Both the position numbers and the translations under genes were made by a program. Source: a virus. Taken from it: a stretch of DNA of 64,000 nucleotides. The stretch covers positions 64,001 to 128,000 of IMG/VR virus record IMGVR_UViG_3300034105_003474; one strand, written 5' to 3'. Below are positions 1 through 9,438 of the stretch, in pieces. Numbering within the stretch: position 1 is the stretch's first letter; each line of letters begins with the position of its first letter. The notes below the pieces were generated by a model. The model was not told the DNA's origin, searched no databases, and saw only the letters and a list, made by a program, of their open reading frames with translations.

Positions 1-2
1 CG

Positions 3-500
3 GCAAGGCATCTCGGGTATTTGGATGGTGAGCCTGATTGCCATATCTTGATGAAACCATCGGGTGTTGACCTTATGCGACCAGCCGATAAAGCGTTTAT
101 TGAGCAAACCGTTGAAAGAATACGACCCGATTTGCTTTTGCTGGGTCCGATCTACAAGTCATTTGTTGATCCCGGTGGCAGGACATCAGAGGCGATTACG
201 GTTGAGATTGCTAAATACTTTGATATGTTGCGCGATTATTACAATTGTGCTCTTTGGTTGGAACATCACGCACCGTTGGGGACATCTTCAACTAGCCGTG
301 ATCTACGCCCATTTGGTTCTGCTGTGTGGTCACGCTGGCCGGAGTTCGGCTTGTCTTTGACACCAGACCCTACTGCTGTTGGTGACTATGTTTATGATGT
401 CCGCCATTTCCGTGGTGCGCGAGATCTGAGAGAGTTTCCAACTAAGATGAGAAGAGGGAAAATCTTCCCGTTTGAAGTTATGGAATTCATGAAGGTTTGA
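3..500 (+). CDS. RecA/AAA_25-type (RepA-like) helicase, C-terminal part (5' truncated)
   Basis: Frame is open from position 3. Motifs LLLLGPIYK, WLEHHAP and RPFGSAVW resemble Walker B and downstream motifs of phage primase-helicases. Confidence 0.65.
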   Translation, partial: ARHLGYLDGEPDCHILMKPSGVDLMRPADKAFIEQTVERIRPDLLLLGPIYKSFVDPGGRTSEAITVEIAKYFDMLRDYYNCALWLEHHAPLGTSSTSRDLRPFGSAVWSRWPEFGLSLTPDPTAVGDYVYDVRHFRGARDLREFPTKMRRGKIFPFEVMEFMKV

Positions 501-501
501 A

Positions 502-1149
502 ATGGCTGAAAAGGGTTTAACTAGAGAGTTTCTTGCTGAACGCGATTTGCGTATTTTCAAGATGAGGCAGGCTGGTATCCCTATAGCCGAAATTGCTAGA
601 CGGTTTGGGATTGGTTCTACGAATGTCTCTCATTCAATCCGTAGGCAGTTGGGTAAGTTGAATCAAGAGGCGTTACTTGCGTACCCTGAAGTTTTACAAA
701 TGGAACTTGAGCGTTTGGACGCTTTGCAGTCCGCAATCTGGCCGATGACACAACACAGAAAACAAAAAATGGATGACGGCACAGAGGTTGCGATTGAGCC
801 CGATATTAAGGCGGTTTCAACGGTTCTTTCCATTATTGATAGGCGTGCGAAGTTGCTTGGTATGGAGCAGACGAACGTGAATGTGCAGATGGATTTGAGG
901 GATGCTTCGCCTTTGCGTGCGGTTCTTGCTGGCGCTCCCGGTGTTCTTGGCGCAGAGAAATTTGATTCCGAGGCAGAGGGTAAGAAACTTCTTGCACTTA
1001 TGGCTGATGCTGGTATTCTTCCGAAGGAGCAGATCAGGGAACTGTTGAATGACTTCCCCGCCCTTGAAGATGGAGACGATATTCAGGATGCAGAAGTTAT
1101 TGAAGAGGATATAAAAGAAGTTATTGAAGAGGATATAAAAGAAGAATAG
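502..1149 (+). CDS. HTH DNA-binding protein, likely terminase small subunit
   Basis: N-terminal HTH (IAEIARRFGIG), then ELERLDAL...IIDRRAKLLG, a pattern typical of actinophage TerS-like proteins. Confidence 0.55.
   Translation: MAEKGLTREFLAERDLRIFKMRQAGIPIAEIARRFGIGSTNVSHSIRRQLGKLNQEALLAYPEVLQMELERLDALQSAIWPMTQHRKQKMDDGTEVAIEPDIKAVSTVLSIIDRRAKLLGMEQTNVNVQMDLRDASPLRAVLAGAPGVLGAEKFDSEAEGKKLLALMADAGILPKEQIRELLNDFPALEDGDDIQDAEVIEEDIKEVIEEDIKEE
1093..1140 (+). repeat. Perfect 24-bp tandem duplication encoding EVIEEDIK x2
   Basis: gaagttattgaagaggatataaaa occurs twice in tandem. Confidence 0.95.
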
Positions 1150-1155
1150 TTTCTT

Positions 1156-1293
1156 TTATTCGTACATCTCTCGTTGTGGCAAACGCAGTTCGTTCTTCAT
1201 TTTCATGAATTTTAGTGCCCAAATTACTGTTATTGCTGGTGCAAGAAGCAAGCAAGCGACTATGGTGGCGAGGTCTTTTTTGTGGTTTTTCAT
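1156..1293 (-). CDS. Small membrane protein, 45 aa (MKNHKKDLATIVACLLLAPAITVIWALK...)
   Basis: Hand-translated ORF with one hydrophobic segment; TACAAT lies 7 nt upstream of the ATG. Confidence 0.5.
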   Translation of the reverse strand: MKNHKKDLATIVACLLLAPAITVIWALKFMKMKNELRLPQREMYE

Positions 1294-1394
1294 AGGCAAT
1301 ATTGTATATCTCCTAAAGAGATGAGTCTTATCTAATCTAACAATGTGATGAAAACTTGCAGTTGATCTCTTTTAGAGATGGCATAATATCTGCC

Positions 1395-1544
1395 ATGATA
1401 ATCTTTCTTTCAATTTCAGTGGCAGTAATTGCTTCCCTGCATACATACCTTATGCGTTCCATTGACTCCTATGACAGGTATGGCGCTCAGCACACACTTC
1501 AGGAATGGCGCGACTTTGAGAGGTCGCATTCAGTATTCCAATAG
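1395..1544 (+). CDS. Small membrane-anchored hypothetical protein
   Basis: Hydrophobic N-terminus; TAATAT lies 5 nt upstream of ATG 1395. Confidence 0.45.
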   Translation: MIIFLSISVAVIASLHTYLMRSIDSYDRYGAQHTLQEWRDFERSHSVFQ

Positions 1545-1577
1545 TCAGTTTTCGTTTTTATTTACCTTGGTGAGACA

Positions 1578-2210
1578 TCACATGTCATCCCTGTAGAAAA
1601 TTTCAAAACCGCAATGCATTATCGCAGATGCAAGAGTCCCAAAATAAACATCTCGTTCAATACTGTTATCTATTGGCTGTGAGTCAATTTTGAGTGATGC
1701 CTTAAGTGCGGCAGGGAACTGAATATCACGCATTACTCTTCCACCGTTGTACCAAAGCGTTTGCCCAAATTCAACTTTTCTGCCTAGTTTTACCTTGTAT
1801 GGGAGTGTCACGAAAATATGGTCGTCTGCTTTTAGGTGGGTGAAAGAGATGCATTCTTCAACGGATGACTCGTTGTCTGCATATAGCGTCGCTAAGTCTT
1901 TTCCTTCAGTATCCGATGGGGACATTGAGCAGTAGCCCTCGGCTGCGAGCGTGTATTCGTCAATACCCCATCCCTGCCTCATGATGACCGATGCTTCTAT
2001 GATTTGTTGAAGGCGTTCGTCTTTAGGTATACCAAATGTGTTTTTGAGTTGGACTATTGTGACTAATTCATTATTCTTCCAACCAAAAATATTAATATTT
2101 AAATCGGAGCCTATTCCGTCTTCGTCTATCAAAGCCAATTTTGCGGTTTTAACTGACTCAGCGCAGAGCGCTATTTTGTCCAAATCGGTTTCGTAAAATC
2201 CTGTGTACAT
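1578..2210 (-). CDS. Hypothetical protein
   Basis: 210-aa ORF with globular composition. Confidence 0.7.
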   Translation of the reverse strand: MYTGFYETDLDKIALCAESVKTAKLALIDEDGIGSDLNINIFGWKNNELVTIVQLKNTFGIPKDERLQQIIEASVIMRQGWGIDEYTLAAEGYCSMSPSDTEGKDLATLYADNESSVEECISFTHLKADDHIFVTLPYKVKLGRKVEFGQTLWYNGGRVMRDIQFPAALKASLKIDSQPIDNSIERDVYFGTLASAIMHCGFEIFYRDDM

Positions 2211-2252
2211 GTTGACCCAACCCTAGTGCATGGCTCACCCCCACAGAATGAA

Positions 2253-2286
2253 GGTTGCATTTTAGGGATTTTCTTTGTACTAAGGT
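2253..2286 (+). promoter_or_regulatory. Candidate promoter: GGTTGCATTTT box plus -10 TAAGGT
   Basis: Same box and spacing recur at 13097-13130 and 46131-46164; the -10 is 7 nt before ATG 2294. Confidence 0.5.
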
Positions 2287-2293
2287 TTTCTGT

Positions 2294-2593
2294 ATGGCAC
2301 AAAAATCAAACAAAAAAGCACCAGTTAAAAAAACAGCATCAAAGAAGTCCCCTGCAAAAAAGAAGGCTCCTGCAAAGAAGCCTGTCTCCAAGAAGGTTTC
2401 TGCCACTGCTGAAAAAAGCAACAAAAATGCTTTGGCTGAAATTAAAATTGACACCGCAAAACCACAGTTCGTAAACGCTGAAAAATTTATGAAGTCATTC
2501 GTGGATGAATCTGCTGTTTTGATTAAGGCAAATAACGTAAAATCTTTGCCTCTTCGCAAGAAAATGCTTGCGTGGTTCAAGATTAGCAAGTAG
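2294..2593 (+). CDS. Lys/Ala/Pro-rich histone H1-like protein
   Basis: KKAPVKKTASKKSPAKKKAPAKKPVSKK repeats. Confidence 0.7.
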   Translation: MAQKSNKKAPVKKTASKKSPAKKKAPAKKPVSKKVSATAEKSNKNALAEIKIDTAKPQFVNAEKFMKSFVDESAVLIKANNVKSLPLRKKMLAWFKISK

Positions 2594-2626
2594 TCTGAAC
2601 CCCATGAGGGGTTTACGAGGGGAAAA

Positions 2627-4003
2627 ATGACAACCGAAGATACGGTGCTGCCGTTTATTATTGATTCAAATATTCTGCTTGGCGATGTTCGTGAGACACT
2701 TGCATCTTTGTCGGATAACAGTATTCACTGTGTTGTTACATCACCTCCGTATTGGGGTCTTCGTGACTATGGAACCGCCACTTGGATTGGTGGTGACCCT
2801 GAGTGCTCACATAAACGAGATAGCAAGTTCAGTGAGAGTTGTTCAACTGGACAAAAACTTCTTGAAGGTGCAATAGGTGACGGCATCTATAAAGTCCAAT
2901 GCCCTCGTTGTGGCGCGATGCGTAAAGATAGTCAACTTGGTTTAGAGCCAACCGTTGATGAATATGTTGAACATATGGTTGAGGTTTTTCGTGAAGTTCG
3001 CAGAGTTTTGCGGGAAGATGGAACTCTTTGGTTGAACCTTGGCGACTCGTATGCGGGCAGTAATGGAAACGGGTGGAAGCAGTCAATCGCTTCCACTAAC
3101 GCTTCAAACGCTGGCGGGGAGAATGAAGATTTCAGGGCGAAGATTGGTCGTGACGATGGCGATCTGAAACCTAAAGATTTAGTCGGTATTCCTTGGCGTG
3201 TCGCCTTTGCTTTGCAGGCAGATGGTTGGTATTTGCGTCAAGACATCATTTGGGCTAAACCTAACCCTATGCCTGAATCTGTTCGTGACAGGTGTACCAA
3301 AGCACACGAATACATGTTTTTGCTAACCAAAAAGTCACATTATTTTTTTGATAGTGAAGCGATAAAAGAACCAGCAAAATATGCTTACGATGATAGGGGA
3401 TCTCGTGCAGACAGCCGTAAAGACGCAGGTATTTCTAACGCTATGCACGGTTCAACAGGAGCCTTTAGAAACAAGAGGTCGGTATGGACGGTAACAACGA
3501 AACCATTCAAGGGAGCGCACTTCGCAACCTTTCCACAGGATCTGATAGAGCCTTGTATCTCCGCTGGTACGAGCGAAATGGGATGTTGTGCTCAATGTGG
3601 GTCTCCTCTGGTGCGTCAAGTGAACCGCAAGAGGATTGCTCGGAACGAGTTGCCAGTGGACGATCCTCGTTACCGACCAAACACCTACGAAGGCGCATAT
3701 GGGGAAATAAACGGCAAGGGCGACGCAGGTTATTCTCAAACCGACACGATCGGGTGGGAAAAGGGCTGTAAGTGTGAAACTGTTGAGACGGTTCCGTGCA
3801 CGGTGCTGGATGTGTTCTTTGGTGCTGGTACTACAGGTGTGGTCGCACAGAAGTTGGGTAGATCATATTTGGGGTGTGAATTGAACCCTGAGTATGCACA
3901 AATAGCGACATTGCGTCTTTCGGATGAAAAGGAAAAATTGAGGGTCGCTGAGGAGATTAATGCAAGCCAGCCTTCACTTTTTGAGGTTACTTCTGAGGCG
4001 TAA
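2627..4003 (+). CDS. DNA N4-cytosine/N6-adenine methyltransferase (beta-class motif order)
   Basis: Catalytic TSPPY near the N-terminus, SAM-binding DVFFGAGTT near the C-terminus, HFATFP; two Cys-rich inserts. Confidence 0.92.
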   Translation: MTTEDTVLPFIIDSNILLGDVRETLASLSDNSIHCVVTSPPYWGLRDYGTATWIGGDPECSHKRDSKFSESCSTGQKLLEGAIGDGIYKVQCPRCGAMRKDSQLGLEPTVDEYVEHMVEVFREVRRVLREDGTLWLNLGDSYAGSNGNGWKQSIASTNASNAGGENEDFRAKIGRDDGDLKPKDLVGIPWRVAFALQADGWYLRQDIIWAKPNPMPESVRDRCTKAHEYMFLLTKKSHYFFDSEAIKEPAKYAYDDRGSRADSRKDAGISNAMHGSTGAFRNKRSVWTVTTKPFKGAHFATFPQDLIEPCISAGTSEMGCCAQCGSPLVRQVNRKRIARNELPVDDPRYRPNTYEGAYGEINGKGDAGYSQTDTIGWEKGCKCETVETVPCTVLDVFFGAGTTGVVAQKLGRSYLGCELNPEYAQIATLRLSDEKEKLRVAEEINASQPSLFEVTSEA

Positions 4004-4066
4004 TAAATGTTGTATTATTTACCTACATAGGTATTCCAGTATTTCTCTTTGACTTGGAGGTCAAAA

Positions 4067-4465
4067 ATGTCAGCATCAGCACCACTTCTTCTCCCAATGA
4101 CGGTTACAGGCGCATGCGCAACAACTTCAACTGTTGTTGTTCGCACTCCTGTCGCAGGTCGTGTCCGTGCAATCACAGTTGCAGTTGGTACTGCTCCTGC
4201 TGGTTCAGCACTTAGCGGAACTGTTCGCAAGGCAACATCCTCGGGAACGGTTGTCGGAACTTGGTCACTTGCAGCCGCCGCCACTTCGGCAGTAGCAACG
4301 ATGTCAACAGTTGATGGTGCGAACGAAATCGCAGAAGATGACTTGTTGCACCTCGTAGTCGCTGCTGTAGGTTCAGGAACTGCTGGTTCAAACTTGACCG
4401 CTCTTCTTCACATTGATCAGTCGGCAGACCAAGATGGTGTGAACGCCCTCTACCCTTATTCCTGA
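4067..4465 (+). CDS. Ala/Thr/Val-rich beta-strand protein, possibly a virion decoration protein
   Basis: GGAGG RBS before ATG 4067; composition is like structural proteins; followed by a terminator. Confidence 0.6.
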   Translation: MSASAPLLLPMTVTGACATTSTVVVRTPVAGRVRAITVAVGTAPAGSALSGTVRKATSSGTVVGTWSLAAAATSAVATMSTVDGANEIAEDDLLHLVVAAVGSGTAGSNLTALLHIDQSADQDGVNALYPYS

Positions 4466-4486
4466 TCTAAAAATTTAAACCCGACA

Positions 4487-4538
4487 AAATATTTAATCCC
4501 CCCACATCCGTGCAGGTCTGTGGGGGGATTAAATATTT
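4487..4538. terminator. Bidirectional terminator, perfect 20-bp stem
   Basis: aaatatttaatccccccaca / tgtggggggattaaatattt between convergent genes. Confidence 0.85.
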
Positions 4539-4549
4539 ATAGACATAAA

Positions 4550-4912
4550 TTATTTACTAAAAGTTATTGCCACCCTGTCGCCAGCAAGGCGCAGGAGATT
4601 AATCGCTTCTTTTTGGCTGTGTGACGAGCACCAGTCCGATATTTCTTTATTCACTATCAGTTCTAGGTATTCGCAGAAGAATCGCGCCCTACCAGTCATG
4701 AATGGCGCAACTCCACACTCCTCTGCTCCTGTTTCTCCTTGTGCAAGGAGTTTTTCTTTACCCCCACAGGCAAGAAGTATTGATCCCCAAATATCCACTT
4801 CCTTTGTATATGGGTCATATGTCGTGTAGTTGGAGAATCCTTGTTCCTCTATTATTTGCGCAGCCTTGTCGTAGACATCGTGAGCGCCAAGTTCTTTTAA
4901 TGTTGGGAACAT
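4550..4912 (-). CDS. Hypothetical protein
   Basis: 120-aa ORF coupled to the upstream gene. Confidence 0.7.
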   Translation of the reverse strand: MFPTLKELGAHDVYDKAAQIIEEQGFSNYTTYDPYTKEVDIWGSILLACGGKEKLLAQGETGAEECGVAPFMTGRARFFCEYLELIVNKEISDWCSSHSQKEAINLLRLAGDRVAITFSK

Positions 4913-5169
4913 TATTCTGTTTCAATTCCGTTCTTATGACAAAGATCGGCGTATGCGTGGTTTGGGCTTCCCCCTATGCCCACTGTCTGCTTGTACTCGT
5001 CGGTGAATAGATCAACGGCATCGCAGTCATCACCTTGAAAATAGTTGAGCATCGCTTCCGTGAACTCATCGCACTCTGGAAAAGCAATCCACTTTCCGCC
5101 CTCATATATCCCGCCGTATCTTGCTTCTCTTATGACGACGGGGTATATGCGAATCGGCTTTTGAGTCAT
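4912..5169 (-). CDS. Hypothetical protein (IREARYGGIYEGGKWIAF)
   Basis: ATG immediately after the nrdJ stop codon. Confidence 0.7.
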   Translation of the reverse strand: MTQKPIRIYPVVIREARYGGIYEGGKWIAFPECDEFTEAMLNYFQGDDCDAVDLFTDEYKQTVGIGGSPNHAYADLCHKNGIETE

Positions 5170-5170
5170 G

Positions 5171-7099
5171 TCATTTGATTGGGCAAGCCCCTGTTGCGCA
5201 GTCATCAAGCGTTAGATCTAGACCTGTTGCCTGACTGAGAGGGATGCTTGTGTCAATTTTCTTTATTAGCGAGCCGTACTGTTCTGATGTGATTTCTTCG
5301 TACGGTGGCAGAGGGAAGTTGTGGTCGGCATGCAAAAGGAATGACACAGATTTCACTCCCGTGTCGTAATTCTTGGATAGCCATTCTTTGATGGATTCAA
5401 GTTCTTCCTTGCGGTAATACACGGTTACGGAAACGGCATTGTCTGCCCATTCGGTTTGCATTTTGCGCACCCACTCAAGTTGCTCCACTGCTGTCATGTT
5501 TTCTGCAAGGATTGCGTTGTCTGGTGATTTGCATGGGAACTCAACTACATAGCGTGTGTGGTCTTCTCTGCCGTCAATACCGATGTCCCAAACAACCTTG
5601 TGTCCTCGTTTGCGGAGACCCTCAACAAGGGCGTCAGACGCTCCAAAACGCACCCTACGGATGTAGAACGGTGCGAATGCTGGATGTATGCCCGGTGTTA
5701 TGCCGGGAAGCAATGAGAGCGTGCCAGATGGTTGAACTGTTGTCAATCGGACAGAACGAGGGTATCCGTTCTCCTTTGAATACTTGACATCAAATTCGTC
5801 AAGATTTCGGTAAGCCTCATCCAGCCAAGAAACCTGTTCTTCTGAAGCCTGCAATACACCCGAGATGCTTTGACCTAGTCGCGCATTCTTGGACACGATC
5901 GCATTGGTTTTGGCATACGGGTAACTGAGCCTTGTGATCTGCTTTTGCACGATATAAAGCAACTCAGATAGTTCTTTGAATTGTTCAATTGAACAGATAT
6001 TTGGGAGGAATATGGTTGAAAGGTTGCACGATTCACCGTCACCCAAACCGATTTCTGCACATGGGTTGAAGCCCTCAATTGTCTTGTCTGCACGCTCCTC
6101 TTTGAGGCGTCCAAACTTCCGTGCAAGCCTGCGGTTAACTAAACCGTACGGTTCACCACCACCCGTATAGCCCTTCCACAGTTCTGGCATGATGTGGTCG
6201 TAGTAGTCAGCGTAGATGCTGTTGTTGCTGTTGGCACGGTAGCCCGGAATTTCCCCTGATGCCCAGTTCTTCGCACGGAGGAACAGAACATCGTCAGGGT
6301 CGCCGATTGCGATCTGTGCTGAACGGCGGGATGAACCCGAAACGACAACACGACCGATGATGTTGCAAATATCTAGGACATCAATTGAGCGAAGTTTTTT
6401 ACCTTCTCGGTTTTGAAGCACCTTGGAAATATCTTCAATTCCATCAATCAGCGCTTGTGGTCCGCTTGCCGTTCCACCAAATGTCTTGAGGGGTGCGCCG
6501 AATTGGCGAATAAGAATCGTTGAATACGAGAACGACTTCCCTGTATCAAAATACGACTTCAGTACGCTGTGTAGGAGTCGCCTCCAACCCTGTCGCGAGT
6601 CAGGGACAATAATGTCCGCATCGTTTGATCGCTCGTGAGTGATTTTTACATTGGTTAGAACCTTTGGAAGGTCATGAATTTTTGCTCGCTCTACAGAGAA
6701 ACCAACTCCGCCACCAAGCATGAGGTGGTCAAAAAGGAATTCAAAATCTTCTACTTTTTCTATGTTTACGAAATAGCAGTTATTCAATGATGCCGCGTTG
6801 AACTGTTTGATGAGCGGGGTTCCGAGTTGCCATAGTGCGCGACCCGAGAATGATCCTCGCAGGTTGAATACATGGTCGTAAAGTTTTTCTGCTTGATCTT
6901 GTGTTAGCGGGGTTCCAATGTCTATTGCTCCGTTTACACAGCGTTGTACTGTTTCTGCCCAAATTTCGTTTCGGTCTAGTTCTTCAATCCTGCGGGAGTA
7001 TGTACGAAGATAGACAACTTCACCCAAACCGCTGAAACCCCATGGTGGTGTTTGCGTCTTGTAGCGGTCAACAAATTCTTGGGTGATTTTTGATGTCAT
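5171..7099 (-). CDS. nrdJ: Class II adenosylcobalamin-dependent ribonucleotide reductase (monomeric RTPR type)
   Basis: LNNC, GGGVG, RRSA, NPCAEI, TTVQPSGT and C-terminal CATGACPIK redox pair. Confidence 0.95.
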   Translation of the reverse strand: MTSKITQEFVDRYKTQTPPWGFSGLGEVVYLRTYSRRIEELDRNEIWAETVQRCVNGAIDIGTPLTQDQAEKLYDHVFNLRGSFSGRALWQLGTPLIKQFNAASLNNCYFVNIEKVEDFEFLFDHLMLGGGVGFSVERAKIHDLPKVLTNVKITHERSNDADIIVPDSRQGWRRLLHSVLKSYFDTGKSFSYSTILIRQFGAPLKTFGGTASGPQALIDGIEDISKVLQNREGKKLRSIDVLDICNIIGRVVVSGSSRRSAQIAIGDPDDVLFLRAKNWASGEIPGYRANSNNSIYADYYDHIMPELWKGYTGGGEPYGLVNRRLARKFGRLKEERADKTIEGFNPCAEIGLGDGESCNLSTIFLPNICSIEQFKELSELLYIVQKQITRLSYPYAKTNAIVSKNARLGQSISGVLQASEEQVSWLDEAYRNLDEFDVKYSKENGYPRSVRLTTVQPSGTLSLLPGITPGIHPAFAPFYIRRVRFGASDALVEGLRKRGHKVVWDIGIDGREDHTRYVVEFPCKSPDNAILAENMTAVEQLEWVRKMQTEWADNAVSVTVYYRKEELESIKEWLSKNYDTGVKSVSFLLHADHNFPLPPYEEITSEQYGSLIKKIDTSIPLSQATGLDLTLDDCATGACPIK

Positions 7100-7172
7100 T
7101 TTGTTCTCTTTCGGTGTAGGTGCAATTTAGGCAGAGAACTATATTACAGCACCAAGGGTTTTAAGTAAAATC

Positions 7173-7466
7173 CTAATTACTAGTAAGGTTATATTTTCGT
7201 GCTTCTTCTAGAGGTATGACTTGACCAACAGCGAATTTCCGTATCTTCGTGAAAACTCCCGGTGATACTTCTTCGGGCATAAAAAAATCTTCTTCAACTC
7301 TGAATGTTTGTTTACCGTCTAAAGAGTTGAACAGTCCAAGACCAAATATTTTTGTTGGTGGTTTATGGTTATCTGGCACACAGTTGCCGCTCGGGTCACC
7401 ACACACTATGCATGCTTCCGTTGACGCCCTCAAGATTTCTATGTCACCATATATGTATTCAGGCAT
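7173..7466 (-). CDS. Hypothetical protein (CxxC)
   Basis: TACACT lies 5 nt upstream of ATG 7466. Confidence 0.65.
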   Translation of the reverse strand: MPEYIYGDIEILRASTEACIVCGDPSGNCVPDNHKPPTKIFGLGLFNSLDGKQTFRVEEDFFMPEEVSPGVFTKIRKFAVGQVIPLEEARKYNLTSN

Positions 7467-7504
7467 AAACAAGTGTATCTCGCCAAAGGCTTGCTGTTCA
7501 CATG

Positions 7505-7532
7505 AAAAAGGAGCGCCTTTCGGCGCTCCTTT
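7505..7532 (-). terminator. Rho-independent terminator
   Basis: aaaggagcgcc-GAAA-ggcgctccttt stem followed by a T-run on the minus strand. Confidence 0.85.
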
Positions 7533-7570
7533 CCTCTATGCGAGGGGGCATAGATCCGTGACCCATTTAA

Positions 7571-7813
7571 TTATTTTTTGGGTGCGAACTTGTTCTCTTG
7601 TTGCAAAACCTTCATTTCTTCCGCAAAAACTGCATCAAACTCGTCCTTGTAGCGGATCTGAAGAACAAAAGATGCACGACGCTTTGCCTCTAGTTTGCGC
7701 TTTGCATCAACCCTACGGGCTTCTGCGCGACGATTGCGTTCCTCTTCGGGTAGTGGCTTCCTGCCTCGGGTAACGCCTAGTTTGTTCTTCATCTGCTCAT
7801 ATGTTGTTGCCAT
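7571..7813 (-). CDS. Basic helical hypothetical protein (RGRKP AT-hook-like)
   Basis: 80-aa ORF with AGGAG RBS and its own terminator. Confidence 0.7.
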   Translation of the reverse strand: MATTYEQMKNKLGVTRGRKPLPEEERNRRAEARRVDAKRKLEAKRRASFVLQIRYKDEFDAVFAEEMKVLQQENKFAPKK

Positions 7814-7979
7814 TGTGGCTCCTATGTGTTGTCTAGTGGGTACTTAATTAATAAGTAGATAATAACTAACCATTTGAGATAAAGCAACCCTAATTTCGTA
7901 AAAATATAGGGTGACATAGCGCATAAATAGGCTTAAATCGGGGGTTGTGGCGGAGACGCTAGAGGACTACACTTACGGT

Positions 7980-8492
7980 ATGGATAATATAAACATACCT
8001 AAAACATCAATAATCACCGAATTACCTACCGTAATGAACCTAAAAGAAGCACAGTTAAATTGCCGTGACTTTGACGCAGTAATTACAGCAGGACCATCTA
8101 GGCGGGAAGTTAGCGCCTTCGGACACCCGATACATAAAGTCGTTGAATTCCACGACACCATGTTTGAGAACAACGGCGGACCATCATACGAAAATGTTGC
8201 AGAACTCATTGAGTTCGGCGTAGGAGTCCCAAAACTCTTGGTTCACTGCCATGCGGGCATTTCTCGTTCTACAGCAACAGCATGGGGAGTGGCAATCGCC
8301 AACGGTCAAGAACCTTTGGAAGCATTCCTGCAACTACAACAAAACCACCCCAACGAAAGCAGTGTTTTTAGTCGCGGATTCAAGAGAACATTCGCCCCCA
8401 ACATCCTCATAGTGAAACACCTTGACAAGTATTTCAACCTAGGTACAACCCTTCTTGAAATCCGACAGAAGCACACAGAGGGTGGCTGGTAA
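7980..8492 (+). CDS. Protein tyrosine/dual-specificity phosphatase family (CX5R)
   Basis: LLVHCHAGISRS P-loop, FHD acid loop, PN motif. Start chosen at ATG 7980, 6 nt after TACACT. Confidence 0.85.
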   Translation: MDNINIPKTSIITELPTVMNLKEAQLNCRDFDAVITAGPSRREVSAFGHPIHKVVEFHDTMFENNGGPSYENVAELIEFGVGVPKLLVHCHAGISRSTATAWGVAIANGQEPLEAFLQLQQNHPNESSVFSRGFKRTFAPNILIVKHLDKYFNLGTTLLEIRQKHTEGGW

Positions 8493-8496
8493 AGAT

Positions 8497-9438
8497 ATGA
8501 AAGTATTTTGGAACAGCGATTACACGAACATTTCCCACGACTTTGACACATCACGCAAATCAAACAACATTGTTGCGCTGATCAAAGAAAACCAAGAAAT
8601 GCCATCACAGTTGAGACTGCATAAAGATATCCCAAATGTAGACATCTGTGATCCTTACACGAAGACCGATGTGGAAGTCACTGAAAGTTTGATCAACTCT
8701 TGGCTAACCAAAAATTATGCTGAAGCGCTGAGGACGAACAACAATAGGCTTCTGTCTGAAAGTCAAGGTTTCAGATGGTGCCCTAACACTTATGCTTTTG
8801 CTCGCGCCCATGCGCACGGGTTGATTGCGTCAGTTGATGAGGTCAAATCGGTTGGCGGCAGGTGTGGAAGTTTGTCTTCAGGTCTCCACCATGCTTCTAT
8901 GGGTTCTGGTGCGGGTTTCTGCACTATCAACGGGATTGCTTTGTCAGCGATCTACGCTCATGGGCAAGGTTTTGAGCCAATCATTCTTGACTTTGATGCC
9001 CACTGTGGCGGTGGAACAATGAACTTTCTGAACAAGTTCAACAACTCGTTGGATCACGAACAGACACCTATTCAGCATATTGATATGTCTACAAATCATT
9101 TTGATTCCTATGAAAGCGACGCAAAGTGGTCTTATCTTAATGTTCGTGGTATCAACGACGATTATCTTGACTGCATTAAAGAAGCACTTGAAATCGCCCG
9201 TCCATTAGTGACTGACAAAACTGTATTCATATACAATGCGGGTATTGACCCAATGGATGCATACGAAATTGATCAAGAAGTGATCAAACAGAGAGAAAAG
9301 TTGGTATCTAATTTCATTGGTGACAGCAAAGCAATATTCGCCCTCGCTGGTGGATACTCAGGTCAAAATACAACACGAGACGATGTGGCAAAAACGCATC
9401 TTTACAATATTTACGGATGGGCATGGAGCCAGAAATAG
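8497..9438 (+). CDS. Zn-dependent histone deacetylase family (HDAC/AcuC-like) protein
   Basis: GLHHA, GFC, DFDAHCGGGT, YNAGID and GGY motifs in canonical order. Confidence 0.88.
   Translation: MKVFWNSDYTNISHDFDTSRKSNNIVALIKENQEMPSQLRLHKDIPNVDICDPYTKTDVEVTESLINSWLTKNYAEALRTNNNRLLSESQGFRWCPNTYAFARAHAHGLIASVDEVKSVGGRCGSLSSGLHHASMGSGAGFCTINGIALSAIYAHGQGFEPIILDFDAHCGGGTMNFLNKFNNSLDHEQTPIQHIDMSTNHFDSYESDAKWSYLNVRGINDDYLDCIKEALEIARPLVTDKTVFIYNAGIDPMDAYEIDQEVIKQREKLVSNFIGDSKAIFALAGGYSGQNTTRDDVAKTHLYNIYGWAWSQK

Noticed and set aside
5171-7099. Intein or intron in nrdJ (also checked terL)
   Set aside because: Lengths are ordinary and no splicing or homing endonuclease motifs are visible.
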